A stretch of DNA of 57,138 nucleotides from Candidatus Thorarchaeota archaeon (GTDB lineage Archaea; Asgardarchaeota; Thorarchaeia; Thorarchaeales; Thorarchaeaceae): NCBI GenBank assembly GCA_020348985.1, contig CP070761.1:1651227-1708364 (forward strand), given 5' to 3'. Position numbers and translations under genes: made by a program. Within the stretch, counting starts at the first letter, position 1. Each line of letters starts with the position of its first letter. The notes below the pieces were generated by a model, which was not told where the DNA came from, made no database searches, and saw nothing but the letters and a program-made list of their open reading frames with translations. Positions 1-9,101 of this stretch are shown here, in pieces.

Positions 1-106
1 TTGGGGTGAGGTGTCGTCCACTGGGCGATGACGAATCTTGGGTTCGCAAGTAGGGAGAAGTCGTAACAAGGTATCCGTAGCGGAAGCTGCGGATGGATCA
101 CCTCCT
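1..106 (+). rRNA. rrs: 16S rRNA gene, 3' end (partial, archaeal type)
   Basis: Universal AAGTCGTAACAAGGTA, helix 45 TCCGTAGC-GGAA-GCTGCGGA and anti-SD terminus GGATCACCTCCT ending at 106. Confidence 0.97.
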
Positions 107-210
107 TTGATTGCCCATCCTTAGGATGGGTAGAAGTGGAGGCTGGCGGTGGTAGAACTACGGGTAATTACCCCACTGGCATTGCTGAGCACCCTTTTCA
201 TTTTTACAGT
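107..210 (+). repeat. 16S 3' trailer element, native copy (hairpins plus T-rich terminator-like tract)
   Basis: CCCATCC-TTA-GGATGGG hairpin (114-130), palindrome GGGTAATTACCC (162-173), then GAGCACCCTTTTCATTTTT. Recurs six times downstream. Confidence 0.85.
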
Positions 211-238
211 GTTTGATTTCTTGACGGATTGAATTTAT

Positions 239-1003
239 TCATCGTTTTCTCAATAGTACTATCAGTACAACAAGACTGATTGCAACACCACCTACAATCA
301 GGTACAATTCAATACCAAAATTTGGAATTCCATCATTTCCAGTGTTTGAGGGAGGAGTATCTCTTGTGATTATTCCCAAATCCGATGTCACATGGTCACT
401 AAAAATCAAGGACATATTTGTAAATGAGTTTGCTAAAACTCCATCTTGCTTGTGATAGAGCTTTTCTCCATAACCAACATAATTACTGGATACGTAGGAC
501 TGTTGATATCCCCAAAAAGATGAATTCTCAAACACTTCAAAATCGTATGAATTGTCAACTCCTTCATAGGATGCTTCCATCAGTGTCGTTAGCAAGCTCC
601 AATTTCCAAGAGGTACTGCGAAATACTCATTCATTATCGCAATCCAAAATTGGTAAGAAGCAAGACTCTCATTATCATGAGGTATTGATGTCCCATTTAA
701 CCAGGAACCTGATATCCATGGAAAAGGTAATGTTTCACCTTCATCATGTCCAGGAATTCGATGAAACAAATCCACCTCTTGAGGGATATCGGGTAAGTGA
801 TAGAATTTAACGACTGTGATCTCACTCATTGTTTCTGAATGAATCTCACTTGCATTAGTCAATATGTTGGCAATTTCGACATTATAGTTGATTTCATAAT
901 CCTCTGCTATTCCCCAATTGAGTATAGAAGCATCATCTGCGTTTACAAAAGGTGCCCCAATGAATAGAATAGAAATTACTGCTATTACCAAGTACCTTCT
1001 CAT
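239..1003 (-). CDS. Hypothetical exported, C-terminally membrane-anchored protein
   Basis: 254-aa ORF with an N-terminal signal-like segment, several N-x-S/T sequons and a C-terminal TM helix ending in LLRKR. Visibly AT-rich. Confidence 0.8.
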   Translation of the reverse strand: MRRYLVIAVISILFIGAPFVNADDASILNWGIAEDYEINYNVEIANILTNASEIHSETMSEITVVKFYHLPDIPQEVDLFHRIPGHDEGETLPFPWISGSWLNGTSIPHDNESLASYQFWIAIMNEYFAVPLGNWSLLTTLMEASYEGVDNSYDFEVFENSSFWGYQQSYVSSNYVGYGEKLYHKQDGVLANSFTNMSLIFSDHVTSDLGIITRDTPPSNTGNDGIPNFGIELYLIVGGVAISLVVLIVLLRKR

Positions 1004-1158
1004 AACTCAGTACACCCTCTTATTCCATAAAATGGCTAGTGGCATATCAAATATCCTACGAAAATGTGTCTACTCTACACCTGAATCACAAGGCATCAAT
1101 GAGGATTGGAGTCGTACATGGCGTGCGGGGTCAGGCAAGAAGGGACTTGCCCTCCAAA

Positions 1159-1183
1159 GCATTGCTGAGCACCCTTTCATTTT
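1159..1183 (+). repeat. 16S trailer repeat copy 1 (3' part only)
   Basis: GCATTGCTGAGCACCCTTTCATTTT vs native 179-204 GCATTGCTGAGCACCCTTTTCATTTT (one T deleted). Confidence 0.85.
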
Positions 1184-1247
1184 GAATTGCTATTGCGTCT
1201 TGAAGCACAATAATTGGCTGGCACTCGGTCGCTCCGTTGGGTAATGA

Positions 1248-1427
1248 CATTGGGAATCTGGAAAGAATACGACGACAGCCATGGCCATTCTTATGGGACA
1301 GAAGTATGGGTTTACAATAAGGGACTTTCAAAACCTATTGTTCCCTTATCTGGTGCAAGTTGAGGGATTGAAACTTGCTGTACTTCCATTTGATAAGGAT
1401 GCGTCCAAGCTATCATACTGTGCCTGA
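1248..1427 (+). pseudogene. merA: Mercuric reductase C-terminal remnant
   Basis: Not in the ORF track. Translates to ...AMAILMGQKYGFTIRDFQNLLFPYLVQVEGLKLAVLPFDKDASKLSYCA*, matching the MerA tail pattern LFPYLTMVEGLKLAAQTFxKDVxxLSCCAG. The terminal CC has become YC. Confidence 0.8.
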
Positions 1428-1600
1428 AGAAACCTGAACAGATGAGTTGTTGGGTCCGTTTCTTTTGGAGTGGGAGGAATGTTTGTGCAGAATGTTGTTC
1501 ATCGAACTGGATGACCATCGAATTATTCAAATATACCACTAAGTCCATATACTGTTTGTCATAGGTCCGATGAATGTAGAAAAGGAGGAAGTGATGCAAG

Positions 1601-2212
1601 ATGAAGACACATACAACAGATGACTTTACTTATTCCGTCACCGAAATCAAGCCCTGCCTAGCTGATGAAAAGCGAATCCGAGTAATCGCTAGTTTCGAGG
1701 CTGATCTTACTCCAATTCTGGAGATTCTGTTCCTCCATCTACGAAATGCCAACTACTCCCGAAGTCTTGCCTGTGTCACATCAAAGCGTGCTGGGTGCTC
1801 AACGACAGTCTTCGGGAGTGGAAAGATAGCCATGACCTTCCTCAAAGATGAACAGGAAGCACTGGATCAACTATCAGCCCTCGCAAGGACTTTCACGAAA
1901 GCCTTTGACTATCTAGAGGCAAATGGAAGTCCCGACCCAAATGTCGTGCATGCTAAGGAGAACATCAACGCACTCGAGATTCACAAACTTCTTCCTCGAA
2001 CCGACTGTGGTGATTGCGGAGAATCGGGTTGCTTTGCATTTGCCATTGTACTCATGAATGGGGACAGGGATATTGCTAATTGTGAGCCCCTCGAGCGGAT
2101 CGAGTATTCAGACAAGCGGAACGCTCTAGTCAGGGTCATTCAGCCAATTGATCTGGATGCAACAAAAGATGGTTGCTCTGACCTTGCAGAATTTCTAGGA
2201 CTGAAGATTTGA
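1601..2212 (+). CDS. (Fe-S)-binding protein, COG4871-like, with C-terminal putative Fe-S domain
   Basis: LLPRTDCGDCGESGCFAFA...C motif typical of the RnfB/CdhE-type FeS domain; N-terminal PCLAD motif. Confidence 0.8.
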   Translation: MKTHTTDDFTYSVTEIKPCLADEKRIRVIASFEADLTPILEILFLHLRNANYSRSLACVTSKRAGCSTTVFGSGKIAMTFLKDEQEALDQLSALARTFTKAFDYLEANGSPDPNVVHAKENINALEIHKLLPRTDCGDCGESGCFAFAIVLMNGDRDIANCEPLERIEYSDKRNALVRVIQPIDLDATKDGCSDLAEFLGLKI

Positions 2213-2294
2213 GGATGACTCGCCAACAATGGCGAAGCCAAGCAGTTTCAGTTCAGCCGAAGCCCACCACTATGAACCCCTCAAAACAGTTAAA

Positions 2295-2312
2295 TATCGA
2301 GATTATTCGATA
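2295..2312. promoter_or_regulatory. Putative ArsR operator upstream of acr3
   Basis: Perfect TATCGA-gattat-TCGATA overlapping a TATA-like TTAAATA; related sites at 4228, 5459 and 9550. Confidence 0.7.
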
Positions 2313-2351
2313 AATCGAAAAACCAAGAGACGCGTTATGAGATGAAACATA

Positions 2352-3461
2352 TTGGGTGAATCTGAAACCGGTACCAAATCTGTGGTGGGCAGTCCAATAA
2401 CGGGCCTTTCTACACTCGACAAATTCCTGCCGCTTTGGATCATCTTGGCTATGGCCCTGGGTGTCTTGCTCGGCTATCTGGTACCCGGACTTGCCGCAGC
2501 ACTGGACTACTGGAGCATTGGGACCGTATCCATTCCCATTGCAATTGGTCTCTTGTGGATGATGTATCCTGTTTTGGCAAAGGTCAAGTATGAAGAACTG
2601 GGAAAGCTGAAAGGAGAGAAGAAGATGTTTGGGGTCTCCTTGACCCTGAACTGGTTGGTTGGCCCATTCCTGATGTTTGCCCTAGCCTGGATATTCCTAG
2701 CTGATCTCCCGGACTACCGAACTGGCATAATATTGGTAGGCCTTGCTCGGTGTATAGCGATGGTTCTAATCTGGAACATGATGGCAGGAGGATGTAGTGA
2801 GTCGTGCGCAGTTCTCGTTGCACTGAACTCAGTCTTCCAGATATTCATGTACAGCCCTGAAGCGTGGTTCTTTGTCACATATCTCTCTTCTATTGTATCG
2901 CCCGGAGCTGGCTCCGTTGTAGAGGTCTCGATTCTTGAGATTGCTTGGAGTGTCATCATCTTCCTTGGGATTCCACTAGCAGCAGGAATCGTCACAAGGT
3001 TCAGCCTGATGAAACGTAGGTCAAAAGAGTGGTACGACAAAGAGTTTGCACCAAAGCTGGGACCTTACGCTTTGATTGGGCTTCTATTCACGATAGTGGT
3101 CATGTTCTCTCTGAAGGGGGACACGATTGTTGCCCTTCCATTGGACGTACTCAGAATCGCTCTTCCACTTCTTTCATACTTTGTCATCATGTTCCTAGTA
3201 TCGTTTGGAGTCTCATACGCGATGAAGTTTACGTACGACAAGAATGCGACCATATCATTCACTGCAGCAAGCAACAATTTCGAACTGGCCATAGCTGTTG
3301 CAATTGGAGTGTTCGGTATTGGCTCGGGACAGGCACTTGCGGCTGTTGTTGGTCCTCTCATTGAGGTACCAGTCTTGGTCGGGTTAGTTTACGTTTCCAT
3401 GTGGCTGGGCCGACGATTCTACGGATGGACGCAAGAGGACTCAATCCCTGCTGAAACATAA
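2352..3461 (+). CDS. acr3: ACR3-family arsenite efflux transporter
   Basis: Signature motifs MMYPVL, GLARCIAMV, ASNNFELAIAVA and GPLIEVPVL; multi-pass hydrophobic protein. Confidence 0.95.
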   Translation: MGESETGTKSVVGSPITGLSTLDKFLPLWIILAMALGVLLGYLVPGLAAALDYWSIGTVSIPIAIGLLWMMYPVLAKVKYEELGKLKGEKKMFGVSLTLNWLVGPFLMFALAWIFLADLPDYRTGIILVGLARCIAMVLIWNMMAGGCSESCAVLVALNSVFQIFMYSPEAWFFVTYLSSIVSPGAGSVVEVSILEIAWSVIIFLGIPLAAGIVTRFSLMKRRSKEWYDKEFAPKLGPYALIGLLFTIVVMFSLKGDTIVALPLDVLRIALPLLSYFVIMFLVSFGVSYAMKFTYDKNATISFTAASNNFELAIAVAIGVFGIGSGQALAAVVGPLIEVPVLVGLVYVSMWLGRRFYGWTQEDSIPAET

Positions 3462-3465
3462 GATA

Positions 3466-3845
3466 TTGCTCAACTGCTCTCGTGAGGTATGTTCTGGAGG
3501 CAATGTCTCTCGTGCTGCAACGCTTGAGGTCCTCCACCGTCTGAGACCAACTGCATCAGTGACCATTTGTCTTCCCCTTTTCCTAGCTGGAGATGAAGCA
3601 GAGAGGGAGTTTGCAAGGAATTCCTTCAAACCACAATTGATGGATGCGACAAGCTCTGTGCCGCTAAGGGCACGAAGAAGTATAGCAGTAAACCAGCCAT
3701 GGAGATGAATCAAGAGGAATATCTGGGCGAATCTTGCATAGATGTTGACGAAAGATGGAGAATAGAATGATGTAGTGAGCTAGTTGACAAAATCGCTCAA
3801 GACATTGCATCGTATATCGATCGTTTAAGAGATGAATTTAGGTGA
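3466..3845 (+). pseudogene. DGC-domain (putative zinc-binding) protein pseudogene, paralogue of 11491-11898
   Basis: Collinear with 11491-11898 but has a 1-nt deletion near 3620 and CGA->TGA at 3768-3770. Confidence 0.85.
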
Positions 3846-3849
3846 TAAC

Positions 3850-4128
3850 ATGTCTGACAAGGTTCTGGTGATGGTATTCGTGGCTATGGGGGTATGCGGC
3901 TGTAGCCAGTCTGGATTCCTAGGGCGCATCTATGAAGCCATCAGGAAATATAGAAATATTGCTGATTATAGGGAATACCAAGCCGACAGTGACATAGCAA
4001 AGAAATACGGAATTGGTTACTGTGGTGTAGTGGTTAGCAGCAAATCAGTGGGAAGCAATCCCACCACAGCTAAGATTGAAGAAGCCATTCTCAAGGAGAT
4101 TAATCAACAAGGCACAGAAGCAATATGA
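3850..4128 (+). CDS. Small thioredoxin-fold-like protein with CxC motif, paralogue of 11889-12182
   Basis: GVCGCSQSGFL motif; SD-like AGGTGA before the ATG; closely similar paralogue in the second ars cassette. Confidence 0.75.
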   Translation: MSDKVLVMVFVAMGVCGCSQSGFLGRIYEAIRKYRNIADYREYQADSDIAKKYGIGYCGVVVSSKSVGSNPTTAKIEEAILKEINQQGTEAI

Positions 4129-4227
4129 AGGATGAGCAGCATCCGCATCTTTTCTCACCTGACCTTGGACATAGCTTATACCTAAGTGCAAGTCTACAGA
4201 TGAATGAGGCGCAAGGAAAGATTGATT

Positions 4228-4245
4228 TATCGAGATATACAGTGA
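4228..4245. promoter_or_regulatory. Putative ArsR operator upstream of arsR (weak right arm)
   Basis: ATTGATTTATCGAGAT at 4221-4236 is identical to 5452-5467. Confidence 0.5.
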
Positions 4246-4356
4246 AGCACAGCAATCCACTGAAGACAGTGAAGTGGTTTGAATGTTTCAGAGAACAGAT
4301 CTCACGATGTCAAGTTCTGACGAAGCATGCTTGATTTGCAAAATTGGGGTGTCGTT

Positions 4357-4653
4357 TTGAAAAGAGACAAACAAGCTGAATGGAGAGTCCACTTCCACAA
4401 GGCCCTAAGTAATCCTGAAAGACTGAGAATAGTGGATTTCCTTGCAGACGGCGAGCAATGTCAATGCGATGTGTTTCCGCAAATTGGACTGTCTCAGTCT
4501 ACAGTCTCTTCATACCTCACTCAACTTGTGAGAGCCGGTATCCTGAATGTAAGGCGCGATGGCACCAGGAAGCTCTATAGTCTCAGTGACCCACGCATAC
4601 GCAGAATGATACAAGACATACGTGGTCTTGCTGCCGAAATGACAGCTACATGA
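4357..4653 (+). CDS. arsR: ArsR/SmtB-family transcriptional repressor
   Basis: KALSNPERLRI...EQCQCDV (equivalent to the ELCVCDL As(III) box)...SQSTVSSYL...G. TTG start after GGGGTG; upstream ATG at 4327 is an alternative. Confidence 0.9.
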   Translation: MKRDKQAEWRVHFHKALSNPERLRIVDFLADGEQCQCDVFPQIGLSQSTVSSYLTQLVRAGILNVRRDGTRKLYSLSDPRIRRMIQDIRGLAAEMTAT

Positions 4654-4723
4654 GGATTACTCCTCAGTGCGCTCAGTGGTTTTGCGAATGCAATGTGAGA
4701 CACAATTCAATCTTTTATTGTGA

Positions 4724-5347
4724 GTGTTAACCTTGATCATCAAAGACCTGGATCAGACTGGTATCACAACTGAGTTAGAACACGATGCGAATGGTAAGTT
4801 GAGGATTAGAAGTGTCATAAAACTTCAGCAAGGATCTTGTATTGGGATTGAGTCACTATGGAAACCAGATTACAGGAATTCGAATCCTGAGATGCTTGAG
4901 TCCAACATCCAAATTGGTGGCTTGGCCCTACCTTTAGCAAAGGCGCCAGCACTTTTGGCGCATAGAAATCTGATACAAGATGTAAAAGAGTGTCCCCATG
5001 AGGTCCAGACTTTGCCACATGGAGCAGAACACCCAAAAACCAGCTTGAACACAGTTCATTTGGCGACGCGTCATGACGGTGCTGAGGTTTTCCTAGACCC
5101 TTTATCTGCTGCTTTCTGGGCGCGTGACTGCAGGAGGGTGAAAGAAGTCAGTGTGGAATCAGCCGCTTTCGCTCTCAAGACAGACAGGAACAGTGTAGTT
5201 GAGAGCGCCACATGCGCCTCAGAAGAAACTTGGGAAATAATCAATGTAGTTCTTTCCATTTTGTCATTGGCTAAAGAACTTGATTCGCACGTTAGTCAAA
5301 TGGGCATATCCCTCAAGGATTTACGCACCAAGAGGCCAGAAACCTAG
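4724..5347 (+). CDS. Hypothetical protein
   Basis: 207-aa open frame; no motif recognised; could be a remnant. Confidence 0.4.
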   Translation: MLTLIIKDLDQTGITTELEHDANGKLRIRSVIKLQQGSCIGIESLWKPDYRNSNPEMLESNIQIGGLALPLAKAPALLAHRNLIQDVKECPHEVQTLPHGAEHPKTSLNTVHLATRHDGAEVFLDPLSAAFWARDCRRVKEVSVESAAFALKTDRNSVVESATCASEETWEIINVVLSILSLAKELDSHVSQMGISLKDLRTKRPET

Positions 5348-5458
5348 TCTGGTGGTGCGATTTGCGTCGAATCCCATCAGCCACACTCTGTCAAGGCCAT
5401 ATCTTTGAGTAACCATAACCTAGCGAATATCACCTCACGACTCTCCGAAAAATTGATT

Positions 5459-5476
5459 TATCGAGATTATACGGTA
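5459..5476. promoter_or_regulatory. Putative ArsR operator upstream of the DUF5714-lplA operon
   Basis: TATCGA-gattat-ACGGTA; shares TATCGAGATTAT with the acr3 site. Confidence 0.6.
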
Positions 5477-5608
5477 AATGAGTGTGATGCATACCAGGAA
5501 TCTGAATCTTAGCACTCTGTGAAGGCAGTTGTTCTCTACACCATTGTCTTACAGAATGGTATCCATTATCACCGAGACCAGTGAGGCGCTTTGTGGAGGA
5601 AGGAATCA

Positions 5609-6331
5609 ATGAATGAAATTGGATTTCCTTGTGTGGTGTGTGGGAAGAGACTTCTTGAGACTCGAGGCGATGTCATCTCCTGCAGCTACTGCGGGCACGA
5701 CGAGAAGAGCGATTTCGTATGCAAAGACCGTCATTTTGTCTGTGAGACCTGTCGAACGTGCACTCCTACAGAGATAATCCTGAAAACATCCGTGGCTACA
5801 CCTACGGATGACTCTCTGTTTTTGGCGAATCTCCTTATGCATCATCCGGCAATACCAATGTCCGGCCCAGAACACCACCTTCTAGTCCCTGCGATTTTGC
5901 TGACAGCCACACATAATGCTGGGCATAGAATGGCTCTTGAATCACGGTTACGCCAAGCATTGAAACGTGCTAATAGATTCGGATTAGGGAGCTGTGCGAA
6001 TCTGGGTGCCTGCGGCGCGGCAATGGGCGTACCGATAGCAATCAGTCTGTTAATTGGCGCCGAATACACAAAACCAGAAGAGCGTAAGACCGTGCTTCGC
6101 GCTTCTGCCGTTGCCATGACCGCGGTTGCCAATCTGCCTGCACTCAGATGCTGCAAAGCATCAGTCTATTCATCTCTGAGTGTAGGAACTGATTTCATCA
6201 GGCGGGAGTTGGAATTAGGAGTCCCGCCGGTCCCTCATCCGACTTGTCATTTCGAGGGCAACAGCCTCGAATGTGTACGACAGGAGTGCCCATACTTCGA
6301 ACAGAGCAAATTGGACGGCGATTTGACGTGA
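5609..6331 (+). CDS. DUF5714-like cysteine-rich protein with N-terminal zinc-ribbon motifs
   Basis: MSGPEHHLLVP, GSCANLGACGAA and RCCK motifs; several N-terminal CxxC pairs. Confidence 0.8.
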   Translation: MNEIGFPCVVCGKRLLETRGDVISCSYCGHDEKSDFVCKDRHFVCETCRTCTPTEIILKTSVATPTDDSLFLANLLMHHPAIPMSGPEHHLLVPAILLTATHNAGHRMALESRLRQALKRANRFGLGSCANLGACGAAMGVPIAISLLIGAEYTKPEERKTVLRASAVAMTAVANLPALRCCKASVYSSLSVGTDFIRRELELGVPPVPHPTCHFEGNSLECVRQECPYFEQSKLDGDLT

Positions 6332-7410
6332 AACAGGCGTCAGTAGTCCGATTCTATACTGGCCCAAATCCGGGCGGGATCTGGGACGCCGCTCTGGATG
6401 AAGCGATTCTTCGTGTTACGTGTGAGGACCACGGGCCTCTCACGGTTCGAGTTTGGTTGAATAAGAGTCCTGTTTTGGTTCTTCCAAGAAGCCCAATGCA
6501 AAAAGAAGGAGCTTTTATCCAAGAATGCAGCACAAGAGGAATTCATGTCACCCGCGGACTCAGTGGTAGAAGATGTCTCCTACATGGTCCTAGTGTCCTG
6601 AGCTTTTCCCTTGTTGACGAATCGAATGCTTTAGCATCTGGAGATCTAGAAAGAGAGATTTGCCAATTGCTCTCTCCTGTAATACGGGGAATCCAGTCGG
6701 AGATTCCAACAAGTGAGATTGCGTTTGACCAAGGCCATGTTATCGTAGGAGAATCGATTGTAGGTGCATTCAACACATCCTACTACTTCGACTATCTTAT
6801 GCTTCAAGGTGTTGTTCATGTTCATAGCAATCAACACTTCACGACCCTCAAGATTACGAAAGAGGGAACACGTCTTACGTGTCTTGATCAAATCCAGTCT
6901 CATGTTTCAAGCCAACATATCATGGATGCAATTAAGAAGTCAATTGCACAGAATCATGGATTGCAGATGACCAACATGCCTGCCAGTGTCAGAGTAACTG
7001 AACTCATGACTGAACTTCATCAGTGGAAATACACGAATAATGACTGGGTGTACCATCAATTAGAACCACTTGCATTGGGTCGAATTCTATTGGAATCTTA
7101 TCTTGCTTATCCACCTACTAATCGCTGCCGCGAAATAATAGCCATAGTTGATGAAATATCGAAGAAATATGCGGACAAAGTGGAATGTCGAAAATGGTTA
7201 CGAGGTCGGGGTTTGATGTCGTGGCTCAAGGGTGTGCCGCCGGGCCTTCGTCCAAGCGGGGGAGTTGTCCAAGCTTCCAAGAAGAATATCGTGCCAGCTG
7301 TAGTAGTGCAGGGGAATATCACACATGAGAGGAAAGTGCCGGTTTATGATGACCTCTGTGAAATCGTCGAGACGGCCTACAACGTGACATTTGGTGGGAC
7401 ATCTGAGTAA
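6328..7410 (+). CDS. Lipoate-protein ligase-like domain (catalytic motifs degenerate) fused to a C-terminal thioredoxin-like domain
   Basis: ALDEAIL...VRVW N-terminus as in LplA. RRxSGGG has become RGLSGRR and K[IV]SG has become SIVG. The tail has PPTNRC...PAVVVQG...KVP. GTG start overlaps the upstream stop. Confidence 0.75.
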   Translation: MKQASVVRFYTGPNPGGIWDAALDEAILRVTCEDHGPLTVRVWLNKSPVLVLPRSPMQKEGAFIQECSTRGIHVTRGLSGRRCLLHGPSVLSFSLVDESNALASGDLEREICQLLSPVIRGIQSEIPTSEIAFDQGHVIVGESIVGAFNTSYYFDYLMLQGVVHVHSNQHFTTLKITKEGTRLTCLDQIQSHVSSQHIMDAIKKSIAQNHGLQMTNMPASVRVTELMTELHQWKYTNNDWVYHQLEPLALGRILLESYLAYPPTNRCREIIAIVDEISKKYADKVECRKWLRGRGLMSWLKGVPPGLRPSGGVVQASKKNIVPAVVVQGNITHERKVPVYDDLCEIVETAYNVTFGGTSE

Positions 7411-8237
7411 TGGATACGACGTGGCGTGTTGTAATCTCAGAAGAAACTGACCCAACGTGGAATCTTGCAGTTGATGAAGCTATTCTTAGAAGTGTTATAG
7501 ACGACAACTCGCCAAACACTGTACGTATCTGGCGAAGCAGCGAGTCGGTCATAATAGGTCGCAGTCAAGATACAAGAGCGGAAGTAGACATTAGATTGTG
7601 TAATGAACTCAGCATACCAATTCTTCGACGTTGCAGTGGTGGAGGAACGGTATACATGGACCTTGGTAACTACAACTACTCTGTCATCGCAAATAGTAGC
7701 GTTTTCACTCAAGTGAAGGCAGTCCACCACATTGCACGTTTCATGTGTATGGCAGTAGTTAACCTGTTGTCGCGGCTGGATTGTGATTCAAGATTTGTTC
7801 CCCCTTCCAGCGTCTTCATTGAAGATTCGAAGGTTTCTGGATCTGCTCAGTACTTTCTCTACGAAGGCATTCTCCATCATGGCACGCTGCTGGTCAATGC
7901 AGACCTAGAACTGATGCAAGAGGTCCTGGCTCCAAATCCCACGCTTGCCAAAAGACTACGGTCTGTCCCAAGCGTATCAACCCCTGTCGTAAACCTGTCA
8001 TCGCTTTTCGGAAAGCAGTATCAATTCGAAGAGATAGCAAATCTACTGGTTGATGCAATCATGGGCACTTTGGGAGCACACAATTGGGATTTGGGACCGA
8101 CCAGCACGAGTGAGAACGAACTTACACAGCTGCTCTATGATACCAAATACTCGGACCCCTGCTGGCTTTTGGGAGTACAACGGCAAAAGCAGATTACTAT
8201 TGATTCGACAGCCCTCCCTACTAATAGAATCCAATGA
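7410..8237 (+). CDS. lplA: Lipoate-protein ligase A / octanoyltransferase family protein (catalytic domain only)
   Basis: NLAVDEAIL, RRCSGGGTVYMD, KVSGSAQ (catalytic Lys) and HHGTLL; no C-terminal LplB domain. Confidence 0.9.
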   Translation: MDTTWRVVISEETDPTWNLAVDEAILRSVIDDNSPNTVRIWRSSESVIIGRSQDTRAEVDIRLCNELSIPILRRCSGGGTVYMDLGNYNYSVIANSSVFTQVKAVHHIARFMCMAVVNLLSRLDCDSRFVPPSSVFIEDSKVSGSAQYFLYEGILHHGTLLVNADLELMQEVLAPNPTLAKRLRSVPSVSTPVVNLSSLFGKQYQFEEIANLLVDAIMGTLGAHNWDLGPTSTSENELTQLLYDTKYSDPCWLLGVQRQKQITIDSTALPTNRIQ

Positions 8238-8317
8238 GAATCTCAACTCATCTATCATCATATTCCGAGTTCATTCCGTGGGGCGGTTGTTGAGAGCGGC
8301 AATGGAGCGAAGTGTCA

Positions 8318-8412
8318 CCATCCTTAGGATGGGTAGAAGTGGAGGCTGGCGGTGGTAGGACTACGGGTAATTACCCAACTGTCATTGTTAAGCACGCTTT
8401 CTCTTTTGCAGT
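8318..8412 (+). repeat. 16S trailer repeat copy 2
   Basis: 8318-8358 is identical to 115-155 (41 bp); 6 mismatches over 83 bp against 115-197. Confidence 0.95.
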
Positions 8413-8510
8413 TATCATCTTTCAATAGACGATTCTATTCTGATTTCAAGCAAGTTCTCGAATTGTGCCTAATCCTTTGAGGGAACTATGTTGATATTCA
8501 GATGCAGTTT

Positions 8511-9101
8511 TCAATGATCATTTAATCCCTTTCCATTGAGAATTCTCTGAACATGTTTTTCAACCCTTGACTCCCGAGTTTTGGATTGCTTGGGTGCAGA
8601 AAAATATAGAATGTATGCTCTTTGCCGTCCCGGCGTCAATGCATCAAAAGCAGTTTTCAAGGCAGGGCTTTCATCTAATTTCCTTTGAAACTCTTCGGGA
8701 ATCATGAATTCTGTAGTCTTTTTGAAATCCACCTTCAAACCGGCTTTTTCTACTTCAACGGCTTCATGAATATAGACTTTCAAGATTGTTTCCATCTCAG
8801 CTATTTCCTGAACATTGGTGAACCGAATCTGGCGCACCGCCTGCGTATTTTCCCCGGGTTTGGATAGTATACCATTGGCATCTTCTATCAAGGCACCTTT
8901 GAAGAAACTGAGCACGCAGTATTCTTTGAATCCCCCTATTATTGCCACGTTATTTCCCTGAAACGTGTAACAAGGTTGACGCCACTTCAATTCTTCCGTC
9001 AGCCCACAGTCAAGTATGATCCTTCTCAATTCGCCCAATTCCTTCTGCCACTTTTGGGCTCTTGCCAAAAATTCATCAACCTTAGGATTCATTCTATTCA
9101 T
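8511..9101 (-). CDS. YdeI/OmpD-associated family protein (DUF1801 + OmdA-like domain)
   Basis: EELKWRQPCYT, LSFFKGAL and AFDALTPGRQRAYILYFSAPKQSKTR motifs; bacterial-like sequence. Confidence 0.9.
   Translation of the reverse strand: MNRMNPKVDEFLARAQKWQKELGELRRIILDCGLTEELKWRQPCYTFQGNNVAIIGGFKEYCVLSFFKGALIEDANGILSKPGENTQAVRQIRFTNVQEIAEMETILKVYIHEAVEVEKAGLKVDFKKTTEFMIPEEFQRKLDESPALKTAFDALTPGRQRAYILYFSAPKQSKTRESRVEKHVQRILNGKGLNDH

Noticed and set aside
3768-3773. In-frame TGA-TGT as a Sec-Cys motif
   Set aside because: The intact paralogue has CGA-AGT here and the copy already carries an upstream frameshift, so this is a simple nonsense mutation.
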